Positions 14,314 to 27,190 of a stretch of DNA of 64,000 nt are shown piece after piece. The notes under the pieces were generated by a model. It saw only the letters and a list, made by a program, of their open reading frames with translations. It made no database searches and was not told the DNA's origin. Position 1 is the stretch's first letter. Each line of letters starts with the position of its first letter. A program made the translations under genes and the position numbers. The stretch is taken from the NCBI RefSeq assembly GCF_001194135.2, contig NC_068989.1, positions 95,553,137 through 95,617,136 of the forward strand, given 5' to 3'. The stretch is from Octopus bimaculoides (lineage: Eukaryota).

Positions 14314-15031
14314 TAGATAGATATAGATAGATATATATAGGTACATACATACACACATATAGTTACTAAATATTGTAATGAGTACTGGAATATATCATTG
14401 TACAAATCATAGTTATATTATCATCATCATCATCATCATCCTTCTCATCATCATTATCATCATTATCATCATAATCGCCATCATCATTTAATGTGCATGT
14501 TCCATACGGGCATGGGTTGGACAGTTTGACAAAATAAGAAGGGTCCAAGGACAGCAGTGTGCTTCGTTATCTATTTTGGCACGGTTTCCACATCTGGATG
14601 TCCTTCCTAATGCCATCCACTTTACAGAGTGTGGACTGGGTGCTTTTTTGTGCCACTGACACTAGTGAGGTTACCATACAGCAGTGGAGGAGACCTCGCT
14701 AATGCCAGTGGCACAGAAAAGCACCCATGAGGTGGGGGGCAGTAATTTATGCAATGAGAAGGTATAGAGTATGGGAGGAAGGAAAAAAGGTTCTTGTAAA
14801 GGAAAGCTTTAGGAGAGAGATAGGGAGAGAGAGAGAGAGAGAGAGAGTGACTAGTAGTAGGAGTTGTAAGTGCAGGAGTCTGCTCGAGGTTGAGATGCTT
14901 AAAAGTGTGTTGGGAGTGGGAGTGTGGGTTCAGGTTTGCAGGAGCGTACAATGAAGCAGCAGACAGAGAAAGGGAGGAAGGCAACATGTTTAAAGACTGA
15001 GAATGACTGAAGGATGACTGCAGGAAATGAG

Positions 15032-15142
15032 GGTCATAGCAGGTTGAATGCACCGATTCTCATCGTTTCACCGAAGCTAAGCAACAACGAGCTTCGTTAG
15101 GACTTCGGTGGGTGACTGCTTGGGAAACTCGGTGCAGCAAGC
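15032..15142 (+). pseudogene. 5S rRNA-derived sequence (divergent pseudogene or SINE3-like head), missing about 7 nt at the 5' end
   Basis: GGTCATAGCAGGTTGAATGCACCGATTCTCATCG...CCGAAGCTAAGCAAC...GTTAGGACTTCGGTGGGTGACTGCTTGGGAAACTCGGTGCAGCAAGC is colinear with eukaryotic 5S positions about 8-118. Box A (GAAGCTAAGC) and box C (TGGGTGACTGCTTGGGAA) are recognisable, and the GTTG/CAAC helix II pairing is retained. Confidence 0.85.
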
Positions 15143-15244
15143 AATTCACAATTCAGCTGAGCAAACCATCAAGTCAAACCTGATCACTTGTGCAAACTAA
15201 AGTCAATCACATACAATATAACATCTGGAAATATGTTTTTTTAT

Positions 15245-15640
15245 TCATTTGTTTCAGTCACTGGACTCTGGCCATACTGGAGCACTGCCTTGAAGGATTT
15301 TATTCAAACAAATCAACACTAGTATTTATAATGTTTTTTCTTTCAAGTCTGGCACTTATTTTTCAGCTTCTTTTCCTGTACTGCTAAGTTACAGGGACAT
15401 AATCAAACCAACACTGGTTGTCAAACTGTGGTGAAGTGACAAACCCAAGCACAAACCACACATGCATATTCATACACACATATATTTACATATGTCTACC
15501 AAATTCCCTCACAAGGTATTGGTTGTCACAGAGCCAATATAGTAGAAGACACTTGCCCAAGCTGATGCACAATAGGACAGAACCCAAAACCACATGGTTG
15601 TCAAGTGGGCTTCTTCACCACACAGCCATGCCTGACAACT
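15245..15640 (-). repeat. tRNA-headed SINE, second family (ggctgtgtggt head)
   Basis: tgtttcagtcactggact...gccatactggagcactgcc through agaagacacttgcccaag...aaccacatggttg...cacacagccatgcc; homologous to the 21.2, 25.9-26.8 and 26.9 kb copies. Confidence 0.8.
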
Positions 15641-16907
15641 AAAAACAAATACAGTAAGTAGGATAAGGTATGAAGTTATTTTTTAAAATGATAACAGCTA
15701 ACCTTTATTTGATTTCCATTTTTTTTTTGTCTGAGAATCTTAACACATTTGCACCCATATTTCTAACCAGCTTTAAAAAAATAACAACAGAAAACAAACA
15801 AAAAAAAAACACTGATTTATAAATCCCTATATTTGTGATAGTAGTTGCATTAAGTGTTTTACCTACCACATAGAATTTACAGAACAGCAAATCTACAAGT
15901 AGATTAATGCTATAAGAGAGTCTGCTAATAGCAGTGGCAACATTCATTATTTATATTGTATGCAATACACATAAAAAGTGTTTGAAAGTTGTGGCTTTAT
16001 TTAATGCAGACATACTCAAAACTTTTTTCTATTTTAGTCAGTTGAGAGATAAAAAAAATAATAATAAAACAGAATACATTATGAGGAACTATGAGTAAAA
16101 TATGTGAGCCATATAAAGCAAAAGTGTTTCAACTGAAAAAAGCTTTAACTAAATTAGTTTTGTCTACCACTGAAACAGAGATACTTTAGACACTTTGAAT
16201 GTGTTTGCCAGTGAATTAATAACTACAATTAATTCTTATTCCATTTTTGTAATTAGCCAGCTTAGGAGGCTGTATGAATGCCAGTGTGTCAATAAAAAAT
16301 AATAACTTGTCAGGAGGCCATTAATTATTTACTTAATATTGGTATTAGATAGAGGATGATGTCATGATAAAAGCAACCAAGCTAATCATACTCTCTACAA
16401 CACAATTTAGAAGAGAAGACAACAATAAACTAATGAGCATTTCTTTCAGTCGGAATCTTCTTTCAGACAAATTATTGATAAATAAGCAAAATATTCACAG
16501 GGTGAGGTGAGGAAGCAAACATTTCCTTTCTTCTTCAAACAAGAACACCAACAGGTTTTCATGTCCTAAGAATAGGAACATTTTATAATCTATCTGCCAG
16601 GCTGTTTCCTTGAAATTGAAGTAAAATCAAGAAGACTGTTTTATATAATTTGATATTTGAGAAAAACATGCCTAGCTATGGGAAAATATAACCTTACTTG
16701 GAGGAAACAGGTGACAATTGGTTAAAGGAAGCGAATCCTGTCATAGAAACACCAGCCTCAACAATTTCCACCTGACCAATGCAAGGATAAGAAAGTGGAC
16801 ATAACATGGTGATGATAATACACACACACATGTAGGATAAGTCTGAGATTGAATGAATAAATGTTTAATCTATGGATCAAACGTTTATTCATTCATCTTA
16901 AACTTAC

Positions 16908-16959
16908 CTTTGAGTTCTTTATTCAAAGTGACCAGACAGAGCTTTGAACTTGTATGCCA
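16908..16959 (-). CDS. Candidate exon of unidentified minus-strand gene (WHTSSKLCLVTLNKELK, phase 0 to 1)
   Basis: Acceptor tactttccag, donor AG|GTAAGT, only one open frame over 52 nt. Not directly phase-linked to the 21.7 kb exon. Confidence 0.4.
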
Positions 16960-17005
16960 CTGGAAAGTATATATGCGTAAGTGTGTGTGAGTGTGNNNNN
17001 NNNNN

Positions 17006-17059
<54 letters not shown>

Positions 17060-20000
17060 GGTTGTTGCTGCTCTTATGCATGCAGTCATCCTGCACTGCA
17101 TTTTAAAATAAAAGCTATTTGTCTGGTTAGTAAAGATACCCTCACTGATGCTTTAGTATCTAGCTGTGTTTCTGTCCTCTGACTCTTCAACAAAACAAAG
17201 AAAAGCCTCTGGGTCTTCTGACTTGACTCAGTGCATAATCCCTCTCTACCATGGCCCACCAACACAACTACCTTTTGCTGTTCTCTTGTCATGTCTCTTG
17301 CATTTCACATCTGAGATCCTACACTAAACACTTAACCAAGCAAAACAATAAGCAGCCTTTTGGAATTCCCTCTCCACCACCCAACATATTTCTTGCAAAT
17401 ATTGACCTTTTGGTATCCATACTGAGCATTAATCAACTGCAGCAATTTAACCAGTCTGGAAAAGAAGTAAGTGGAATACTGCAAAGGTCACGAGTTTCAT
17501 ACTTAGCTTCTTTTCACTAAAGAAGTCAAAAAGTTTATGAAAATCATTTAATCTTTTTGTTACGATACTTCTTTAAAAATATATTGCCTTTGTTTCAATT
17601 AATTTTGAAAATAATGAAAAATTTAACAAAATAACTTTCCCATAGTTAAAATGGTCAGCAAACACAGCTTCTAAAACAGTAGGGTACTGGTAGTAAGCAA
17701 TATAAAAGTAGTCATCAAACATAATTGTCTCAAAGACTGTAGGGTTTTGGCTGGAAACAGGAATAATAAACAGGGTATAAACAAAGAAATGGGTGTAGTG
17801 TGGTTAAATATTTGTAGAAGTTAAGCAAACACAAACACTGTGGTGAAGGATAGAGTGACATTTCTAATAGAGAATCCCTATATTGTTTTAATCATGGTAA
17901 ATATTTGGCTGATACAAATTTTAACTAACAAAGACACAAAGCTTGGACTTGTCAGGTTGAAAAACTTGCAGGCCTTTGAAATCTTTAAAGCAGAAATTCT
18001 AATTTCTTACATATTTATTGCCAATATGCAACTCATTTACTGCATCTAATAAAATCCAGTGTTCCAGTCAATGCTGCAGACAATTGGAGAATTCAATTAG
18101 ATTCTCAAATGATTTTAAATGATTGTGTCAATAAGACCTGTTGAAGTTGTTCTCACTCTATCACAAGAAAATAACAAATATTTGTAAATTCTAATTCATG
18201 TTACATTGTGAAATCCTTATTCAGGCTTTGATTACAGACTGCATATGTGTAATTTCTTTGTTAACATCAATAAGCAATGTGTACTGCATGTCTCACTCCA
18301 TTTTATATTTAATATGTAGTCAAGAAAATGTCAGGCGTTGTTATACAAAATTTCACTACTTCAATATTAATTGAGAATATCATTAAAACTTCTGGTAATG
18401 TCGTTATGCAACTTTTAATTTGCAAAGTAGAATTTGTAAGAACTTACTAAACTTTATACTACACATATTACTTTCAAAACTAGATCTGGTAACAGGGCTG
18501 TCTTCTGCTCTTCAAGACATTAGAATACATTTTATAAATCCTGGGTGTCTAGCTAGTTGATATATATTTTAAACGTTATGGTAAGTGTTGCTCTTATGTG
18601 TGTTTCGATTTGGTTTGTCATCACACTTTAAGAGACAATAGACTTTAATCCAATTTCAGAACACCACCATTGATGATTCTAACTTTAAGCAGTTGTAGCA
18701 TTCTATGAACATTATTATAATCATTTGGAACTTCACAATGGAGGTTAGTTATCTCTTGTAACTTTGTATACAACGAGCGTAACAGATTGAATAAAAATTA
18801 ATGTCTTAAAATACTACAAAAACAACAGATTTCTGAACAGTGATACAGATAATAGATATTAATGTTTTGAACTGTTTACTGAATTTTACAGCTACATTAA
18901 ATAGAATTTCTTCCCATTTAAAAAAAAAAACTCAAAATAAAAAAAATAAAAAAAGCCATTTTAAATTGAAGTCAGTCATTCAACGTTAAATTGAATGTTG
19001 AATTTTTTTTTTATATAAAGTAAACAAAAGGAAGATGAATTATTATGGACTTCTGTTTATGAACATCATCTATTATGTCAACAAAGACAAGGAAACAAGT
19101 TGTTTGACTAAAGCTTCTCTGCAAAATGTGAGAGGATTTAAATTCATAACATTTAACACATAAGTCCATTACTCTAACCAACTGGACCATGATTTTATGT
19201 AAACTTGTGCAAATGTAGAGCCTAAAAACAAAATTTATCCTTCCTTTAGCAGTCATTAATGGAAAACAAAATTTACCTAATCTCTATATAACCCTGCATA
19301 CATCACTTATATGAGATTGTCAAGCAGAATATTAAACTCTTCTTCTTTCAACCTTCCAATAAACAAACACATCTTCCAAGATGAATTATATTAAATTAGT
19401 TTCATGACATCTTTCATAAAACTGAAAGATCGCTCCATGAAAGACTTTATCTCTTCCCTCTCCTATGTGAAATTGCTAGCAGTTGAAGTGCTAATTCTTT
19501 GTCTATTTAAGCTAGCCAAGTAAAGTTCTGTGAAAAGAAATTAGCCAGTTTACTTTTCGGCAGAAATATACATAATAACAGCATTTAGTTTAAGACCAAA
19601 TAAAAGACAGTGAGAACGTTATAAAATTACACCTTAGGAAAATACAGTCTATAGAATTCATTAAGAATGTTTAGTTGATCCTAAGTACACTAATCCAAGC
19701 ACTTCAAACCACTCATCAACACACAAAATAATCAATCACCAAAGGAGACAGCAAATGTCTTTGCTAATTGCCTGGCTGCAGTGCTATGTTTCATTAAAAG
19801 GAATTATATATATGTAAAGTAATAATCTTTTTCACCTTTGGCATCTTAGAGACAGAAAGAGACCTTTAATCTCAGTAAATATAAGATTGAATTAAATCAC
19901 TGCAAAAGAAGGCAACAGTACTAATGTGTTTTAGACAGATTTGGCAAGTAACAAAAGAACTAATGAATCATAAAATATCAAATTCTGGGTGAGACAAATT

Positions 20001-20229
20001 CCTTATGAGCTAAAGCAAGAATTTAATGACATGGTAGGCAAGCCAAAGTTTGTAGTTGGCCAGTCCACCATTTATTAAATGATTGTAATGAGTTAAATTG
20101 TAGTAACAAACACTTAGATTCGCACCTTTGTAGCTAAGACATATAATAAGAATAATATTTGTAAAATGGAAAGCTTGAAAATAGAACTTTAAATATTAAA
20201 AATTCACCAGGAATATTTGCTATACACAT

Positions 20230-21110
20230 GTTTATGGGTATGTGTGTCAGACTCCCACTTCCACCCGACCCACACCAAACTGTACATCCATTACTCTCAG
20301 TCTCTCCATCTCTGCAGTGATGACTATGACTTTGAGGCACAATCCCAACTCTTGGTTCGCCACTTCACCCAAAGGGGATAGCCCACCACTGTTATCCATA
20401 CTGCCCTTGCCTGTTTCCAATCTGTTGACAGTGCATCCACTCTCTCCCAGCACCTCCCCCACACATAACCACCCTCCTTCCCCCTTTACATATCTCACCT
20501 TCACCGCACCATTTTACATACTTTCCTATTTGACCCCTCCACTTCTCACATCTTTCCTAGCCCATCCCTCCCTTCCTTCAAATGCACTTGTAACCCACAT
20601 GATCTTCAGGTCTGGAGCTTCTTTCTTTGCTTTTGCCCATGTTGCTACACCTATCACTTCCTCCCCAACACCACTATCCTTATCAGCACTACTGCCACCC
20701 ATACAACATCATTAACTCATTCCCTTGCACCTCCAGTGATTTGATCTACTGCAGCCTCTGCTCTCTGTCCCACTCCCTGTACACTGGTCAAGCTGGTCAG
20801 CACCTAACTGACTGGTTTGCTGAACATCTTTAGGATATCAGACTCAGGAATGACATACCAGTTCCACACCATTTTTGCTCGACCAGTCATTCTCTGAAAT
20901 ATCGGTGTTCAGACTGGCCTTGCACAGAGACCCCCTACATTCCCACCTCCATTGTGAGCAGAAATTTATTTCTTCTCTCATATTTTAGTACCTCGTGGTC
21001 TCAATTCTCCACCTCTTTTCATCTAAACCCACCTCCCACCTTCCACTGTTCCCTCCTTCTCTACACCATTTAATTTATTACCTACACTACAAACATCTTT
21101 TGCCCATACA
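20230..21110 (+). mobile_element. Penelope-like element fragment (RT C-terminus plus GIY-YIG endonuclease), decayed
   Basis: From about 20720: FPCTSSDLIYCSLCSLSHSLYTGQAGQHLTDWFAEHL*DIRLRNDIPVPHHF, matching the PLE pattern IYC..C.....YIGETGR.L..RF.EH. Upstream ...DPSTSHIFPSPSLP... resembles the PLE RT-EN linker. Confidence 0.8.
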
Positions 21111-21124
21111 GCAGATGCATACAA

Positions 21125-21159
<35 letters not shown>

Positions 21160-21239
21160 CACTCACATTCGTCCCATTTCACACGCTAGTTATCTTTCAG
21201 TGTCAACATTTAGAGTTACATGAAACAGTTGAATAGGGA

Positions 21240-21373
21240 CAGGCTTGGCTGTGTGGCTTTGAGTTCAGTCCTACTGCGCAGCACCTTGGCCAAGCGTGGG
21301 CCATAACCCTAGGTTGAGCAATGCCCTTTGAGTGGATTTGCTAGATGGAAAGTGTGTGGAAGCCCATCTTATG

Positions 21374-21413
<40 letters not shown>

Positions 21414-21600
21414 TTACCTCACTGCTTGGTAACTGATATTGGTTTGTTTATGTCCCTATATCTGAGTGGTTCAGCAAAAGAGACTGATAGAATAAGTATG
21501 AAACACTAAAAAAAAAAAGTAGTGGGTTCAATTTGTTCAAGAAAATCATTCAAGACAGTGCCCAACATGGCCACAATCCAATGACAGAAAAAAGTAAACG
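21240..21600 (+). repeat. tRNA-headed SINE, second family, diverged
   Basis: ggctgtgtgg...gagttcagtcctactgcgcagcaccttggcc...gagtggatttgctagatggaa...(GT)n...gatagaataagta...tgacagaaaaaagtaaa. Confidence 0.75.
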
Positions 21601-21688
21601 ATAAAAAAAAAGTAGAAATGTCATAGTTACTTGAATCGAATATTGTTGATTTTCTTCATACCATAGCTCCACATACCACCAAGCTTAC

Positions 21689-21730
21689 GTTCGAGATGTC
21701 CATTCAAAATATGCTCCCACAAGTATAATC
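21689..21730 (-). CDS. Candidate exon (K-IILVGAYFEWTSR-T, phase 2 to 2; an alternative frame LYLWEHILNGHLE is also open)
   Basis: Strong acceptor atttttctttttccag, donor AC|GTAAGC, 42 nt. Confidence 0.45.
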
Positions 21731-23177
21731 CTGGAAAAAGAAAAATATATAAAAAATAGAATTTAAAAGAAGCCACTCTATCTGATTCAGTACTTTGACA
21801 TTAGTCAACATGTTGAAATAGTGGAGTGAATTTAGTGGATAAATTTCAAATCTAAGCAGAAATATGGACCTTTGTCTATCTAACGTTCAAGCAATTGAAA
21901 TAGTAAAAATCTGAAGTTACTCTCTTCTGATAGTTGTAATACTATTACGTCAGTCAAAGCAAGCAAGTTGATACAGATCATAGATTAAAGAATGAACCAC
22001 ATTATCTACTTCGGTGTATGATTTACTCTCTTCAAATCACATTGAAATTAAATTTCCCCTTGACTACACTGCTGTAAATAAATTACATAATAGAAATGAT
22101 AGTAGTGGGGTTGAGTCGATCAACTGTGCTTCTATTTAGTAAACTTAGCTTTGTGCTTCAGAGGAAATGAAACAACAACAAGGACCATTGCTATCATCAT
22201 CATTTTGACATAGATCGGGGTGAGTTTCACAGCATCTCATAACCCACTCTGGTCTTTCATCTCATCACTTGCCATTGCACTTTGTCACCTGACACACACA
22301 GCAACACAGAAAACCTCACCAACTCAGTTCTGTTGTACGTCCACAACACAGACTGCATGTCATTTATTAAACCACCATTACTAGAGAGGCTGGTTGTCTG
22401 CAACTGGACTAAAGAGACTCCTATAGCCTGCATCAGTTGTTATTGAGAGCCACTGCTCTCCTGGTTGTGTGTCACTTGCAATGTGGTTCACAGAGTTTCA
22501 ATGGTTCAATCAATGGAACAATCTCTCACTGAATTACAATAGAAGTGGCTTAACTGAGTATTTCACAGATATTTGCACTCATAATGTACCTTCTGGTAGA
22601 CCAAGGCACTGTCTGGCATGGCTATGTACTAGCACCAGAGGAACCATTCATTTGACAGGTTTCAACACAGTTTCTATCTGTCAAGCTTCATTCACATAGC
22701 ATGTGTTACACACACAAGCATATGCACACACACGCACACACACTCATAGATATAAACAAAGGTGAGCTAAAAGAAATAATTTAGAGGCTAGTGGTATGTA
22801 TTGGAAGAACATAGACAAACAGAGATATATCAAATACCGTGCAATATAAATTTTTGATTCATTTAGATTATCTCTGCTTCTGGAGTATGTATCATAATTA
22901 CCCATTGCCAAATGTGATCAGCTCCATATTAGAAGGGAAGATGATCTCAAGAATTAAATATTCACTAAAGTTGCTATGCCATAATGTATGAATGTATATG
23001 TGTAAGTATGCATATATATATATGTGCGTGTGTGTATATCATCATCATCGTTTAACGTCCGCTTTCCATGCTAGCATNNNNNNNNNNNNNNNNNNNNNNN
23101 NNNNNNNNNNNNNNNNNNNNNNNNNNNNNNNNNNNNNNNNNNNNNNNNNNNNNNNNNNNNNNNNNNNNNNNNNNNNN

Positions 23178-23214
<37 letters not shown>

Positions 23215-23499
23215 AAGAGGGAGAGAGCATGTACATATATACACACATACATGTGTATGTACATATACGCATATGTCCTGACATGCAGGAAATTCTCTTT
23301 ATCAGAAAACTACCAATAAGAGAAACCAAAGCATTAGGAAGATTCAACAGAATTGCTTTCTATGGAAGTGCAAAAGAATATGGTTCAGGAAGTAATCATT
23401 TAAAACCAGAGCAGTTTCAACATTCAGTATCTATTTGATTTTCAGTCGGTAACAAAAAGAAAAAAAGAAAAAAAGATTTATTATTTACTGTCTCTGAAG

Positions 23500-23830
23500 G
23501 TGCTTCACATACCCAAGATATATATTAATTTGAATGATTCTCTGCTACAGTCTTGTAAGTTTCCAATCATTCCTTTGCTGTTCTACTGCCTAAGTTCAGT
23601 GAACCAAGAAAGACATCATGAATATAGCCACCAACCTTACTGTATCATACCTTCACTTGGTTACCAAAACTCTTCACTCGCCAGTTGTTACTTTACACAA
23701 AGCAATTCTGTATTACCTTTCCATGGTACAATCAACTCAACAACCATAACCATTTCATCAAATCATGTCATAACACTAAGACCGTTGTTATTTCAGCATG
23801 AGATTGAAAGAATAGTCATTTAAGTCACTG
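23500..23830 (-). mobile_element. Hero/R2-clade non-LTR retrotransposon REL endonuclease fragment, decayed
   Basis: Minus frame reads EMVMVVELIVPWKGNTELLCVK*...Q*GWW with several stops, resembling the Hero motif ..MVELTVPWEE.......K...Y......QGW. Confidence 0.6.
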
Positions 23831-24911
23831 TAAAGACTTGGTTTTTGTTTTCCTGTATTTATCATATTGCATGGTTGTTTGTTACCTCTCTTATGGAAAA
23901 CCAGAGTATTTATTTTGTTTTGGAAATTCCGCTTTCCTGGGATAATTCTGAATTAATGTTAGACTCCAGCGAGAAATATTAAAACCTGGCTGTGTATATT
24001 TGTCAAGGAATGACTTGCATGTGGTCAGAATATTGTCAAATAATGAGTGTGTGGCAATCGGCAGAGTTAGCCAAGCCCTATATTAGTTTGGCAAAGAATA
24101 GAAGTACATTATGCAACAACTTGAGAAGACGGAAAGAGAGAGAGACACACACACACACATGTAATAGTGTAATAGGGAAAAGAATTACTTGCAAATTGCT
24201 TAAGAGCTTAAAATGCATATAATATGAAGAACAATACAAAATTGGTAGGAAAGTAAGGAAAAATGCATAAACACAAGTGACTTATTGATAACAAAAGGAA
24301 TGTCTTCAAAATATAAGATTCCAGTAATAAAGGAATCTATCGGTAATAAACAGAATATCAGTTTTGTTGTTATATAAGCATTCAATACCTCATACAATCA
24401 TGTCTGTAAGTGCCAGCTGACATATGCATGTGCACACACGCATTAAGAAATTGTGTTTTCAATCACAAGGAATTTGGATAATTACAACTTACATTGAATT
24501 TAAATGTATGAAAGAAAACAGGAATTGGAGGTAAGAGTTATTAGTATTACAAAATAAAGAAATAAAAATGGGCATGTAAGAAGGAGATAGGAAGAAGAAA
24601 ACCAATGTAGGGAATTATATAGCCTGCTGATGATTAGATCAAACTATATGGAAGAAAACACACTGATCCTATAGATTATGTGTGTATAAATGTGTGTGTA
24701 CTGTGCATGCACACACACACATTCATATACATAAACATTGCATATATCTCTTCAACCTGAAATTCTTAAGCAGAAGTTCAATGCTTGCAGTGCAAACAGC
24801 AAGCAATATATTAAGCTGTATGAGTTACCAGCAACTTAAACATTGCACTTACTATAATAGAGTACTAAAACAGCATAGAGTGGGGGAAATGGTTTACCAG
24901 AGTGAACTTAC

Positions 24912-24997
24912 TTTGAAGTTAAATTCATACATAAAATATGGTTATTTAATTTAGTTGAACTCGTTTTGGTAAAAATTATACCCTTTCTCATGACGGG
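24912..24997 (-). CDS. Candidate exon (PVMRKGIIFTKTSSTKLNNHILCMNLTS-K, phase 0 to 2)
   Basis: Acceptor actttcactataag, donor AA|GTAAGT; phase fits the 29.7 kb and 21.7 kb candidates. Confidence 0.35.
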
Positions 24998-25857
24998 CTT
25001 ATAGTGAAAGTCATTTATATATATATATATAAAGAGAAAGAAAGAGAGAGCAACAGAGATAGATAGATATCTAAAATATTGAATATAGAATTAGACACGT
25101 TAAAATAAGAATCAACATTCAGATTGGTAACAAGACTAAAATGTAACTAAAGAACAAAAATAGAAAGAAAAAAAAAACAAACATTAAAAAACAAACTTAA
25201 ATATATTCAAGAAAATAAAATTGTAAATGTCATTGAAATTATACAACTTTTACTCTACTTTTATATTCCTTTAATTCTAAAACATGCAAATCATACAAGA
25301 CAAAAAAACTCTCCTAAAGAATATACACTGAATATTTCAAATGTTTCATAGAATGCAAGAATTTAAAATTCATTGAGGCTGTTTAACTAGTAGAATTCTT
25401 CATTGAAAACGGAGGACAATTTTGTGGAATAAAGAATTCAGGAAAAAAAAAAAAATTAATAATAACTACCAAAAATATAATTTTACATATCAATACAACA
25501 CTGACAAGAAAAGATAAGGAATTCTACAAAGTTAAATGAAAATAAGAGAAAAGTTATCAGAAATAAAGTATACAGCTAAGTCACTATCACGACAAGTTAG
25601 TGGTGTATTTTCTTTATACAGAAAATAGAAATAAATGTAAATATATTAAATGCTTTGTTCATAAAAGCAAAATAAGTTTATTATGTGGATATATTGGTTT
25701 TGTCTGGCAAATAGAGAGAGAGAGAGTAAAAATATTCCATTAATACCCAGCAAGCATAGAAGGTTTGAGTGATTTTGGAATGGAAGACATTTCCATCCTT
25801 CAAAAACATAAACACAAACAAATAAATACATATATTCATACAGATGTATGCACATAT

Positions 25858-26810
25858 GTCAGTAGCTGTGTGGTAAGAAGCTTGCTTACAAACCACATGG
25901 TTCTAGATTCAGTCCCACCATGTGGCACTTTGGGCAAATGTCTTCTACTGTAGCTTCAGGTTGACCAAAATAAATTTTAGTCCTGATTTTCTAACTTTAT
26001 TCCTCCCCTTTTTTCCTTCTCCCTCCCCGCTTCTCTTCGTTTTGTTTTTGGCCATTGATATTATGGTTTTACTTATAAATAATATCACTCTTCTACTACC
26101 CCACATTAATATATATATCTTATTTTAACTATAAATGTTTGTCTTGTTCTAATTTAATTATTAATGTTCTCTATGGTTTTAAATTTAGTACTTTAATGTT
26201 TTGTTGTATTATTCTAAATATACTGACAAATAGATATATTCTTAATAATTCTCCAATATCTTGACCTAAATTCCCTTACCTTAAGTTTCCTCTAGCCACT
26301 CCTTAGGGTATTGTCCTTCCATTTTCATTTTTATTTCTATATATATTTTTTTCTCCTTTTTTCTTATCTCTTTTTTTTTTTCTCTTGCTTGATTTACCCC
26401 TAACCTGCTGTCCATTACTACTTAATCTACCTTCCTCTAAATTGAAATTACTGCTATTTTACCCCTCCAATTATAATATATAGAAATTAAATTCATGTTT
26501 GATTCACTAGACTGTTGATTAGCAGCCCAGTCAAGATGTGAGTGGATTTGGTAGACGGAAACTGAAAGAAGCCCGTCGTATATATGTATATATATGTATG
26601 TATATGTGTTTGTGTGTCTGTGTTTGTCCCCCTAGCATTGCTTGACAACCGATGCTGGTGTGTTTATGTCCCTGTCACTTAGCGGTTCAGCAAAAGAGCC
26701 TGATAGAATAAGTACTAGGCTTACAAAGAATAAGTCCCGGGGTCGATTTGCTCGCCTACAGGCGGTGCTCCAGTATGGCCGCAGTCAAATGACTGAAACA
26801 AGTAAAAGAG
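25858..26810 (+). repeat. tRNA-headed SINE (second family) split by an AT-rich insert of about 560 bp
   Basis: The head (gctgtgtggtaagaagcttgc...gttgaccaaa) ends at about 25970; the body resumes at about 26533 with tgtgagtggatttggtagacgg and runs to gaaacaagtaaaagag. Confidence 0.75.
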
Positions 26811-26849
26811 AGATATAATGTAATATAGTATATATCTTTTTTATCTTTT

Positions 26850-27190
26850 ACTTGTTTGAGTCATTATACCTCGCCCATGCTGGGGCAGTGCCTTGAAGAA
26901 TTTTAGTCAAACAAATTTACCCGAGGACTTATCTAAGCCTGGTACTTATTCTCTTTTGCCAGTTTGCTAAGTTACAGGGACATAAACACACTAAAACCAG
27001 TTGCCAAGCAGCGATGGGGGTCAAACATATACACAAACACACACACACAGATATACATTATGGACTTCTTTCAGTTTCCATCTGCCAAATCTACTCACAA
27101 AAATTTTGGTCAACCGGAGGCTATATAAGACACTTGCCCAAGGTGCTATGCAGTGGGACTGAACACAGAACCATGTGGTTGGGAAGTCAA
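26850..27190 (-). repeat. tRNA-headed SINE (second family), inverted relative to the adjacent copy
   Basis: ttttacttgtttgagtcatt...gcccatgctggggcagtgcc...ctttcagtttccatctgccaaat...gaaccatgtggttggg. Confidence 0.8.

Noticed and set aside
23500-23823. 107-aa plus-strand ORF with plausible splice sites
   Set aside because: It is the antisense of the decayed Hero-like REL fragment.
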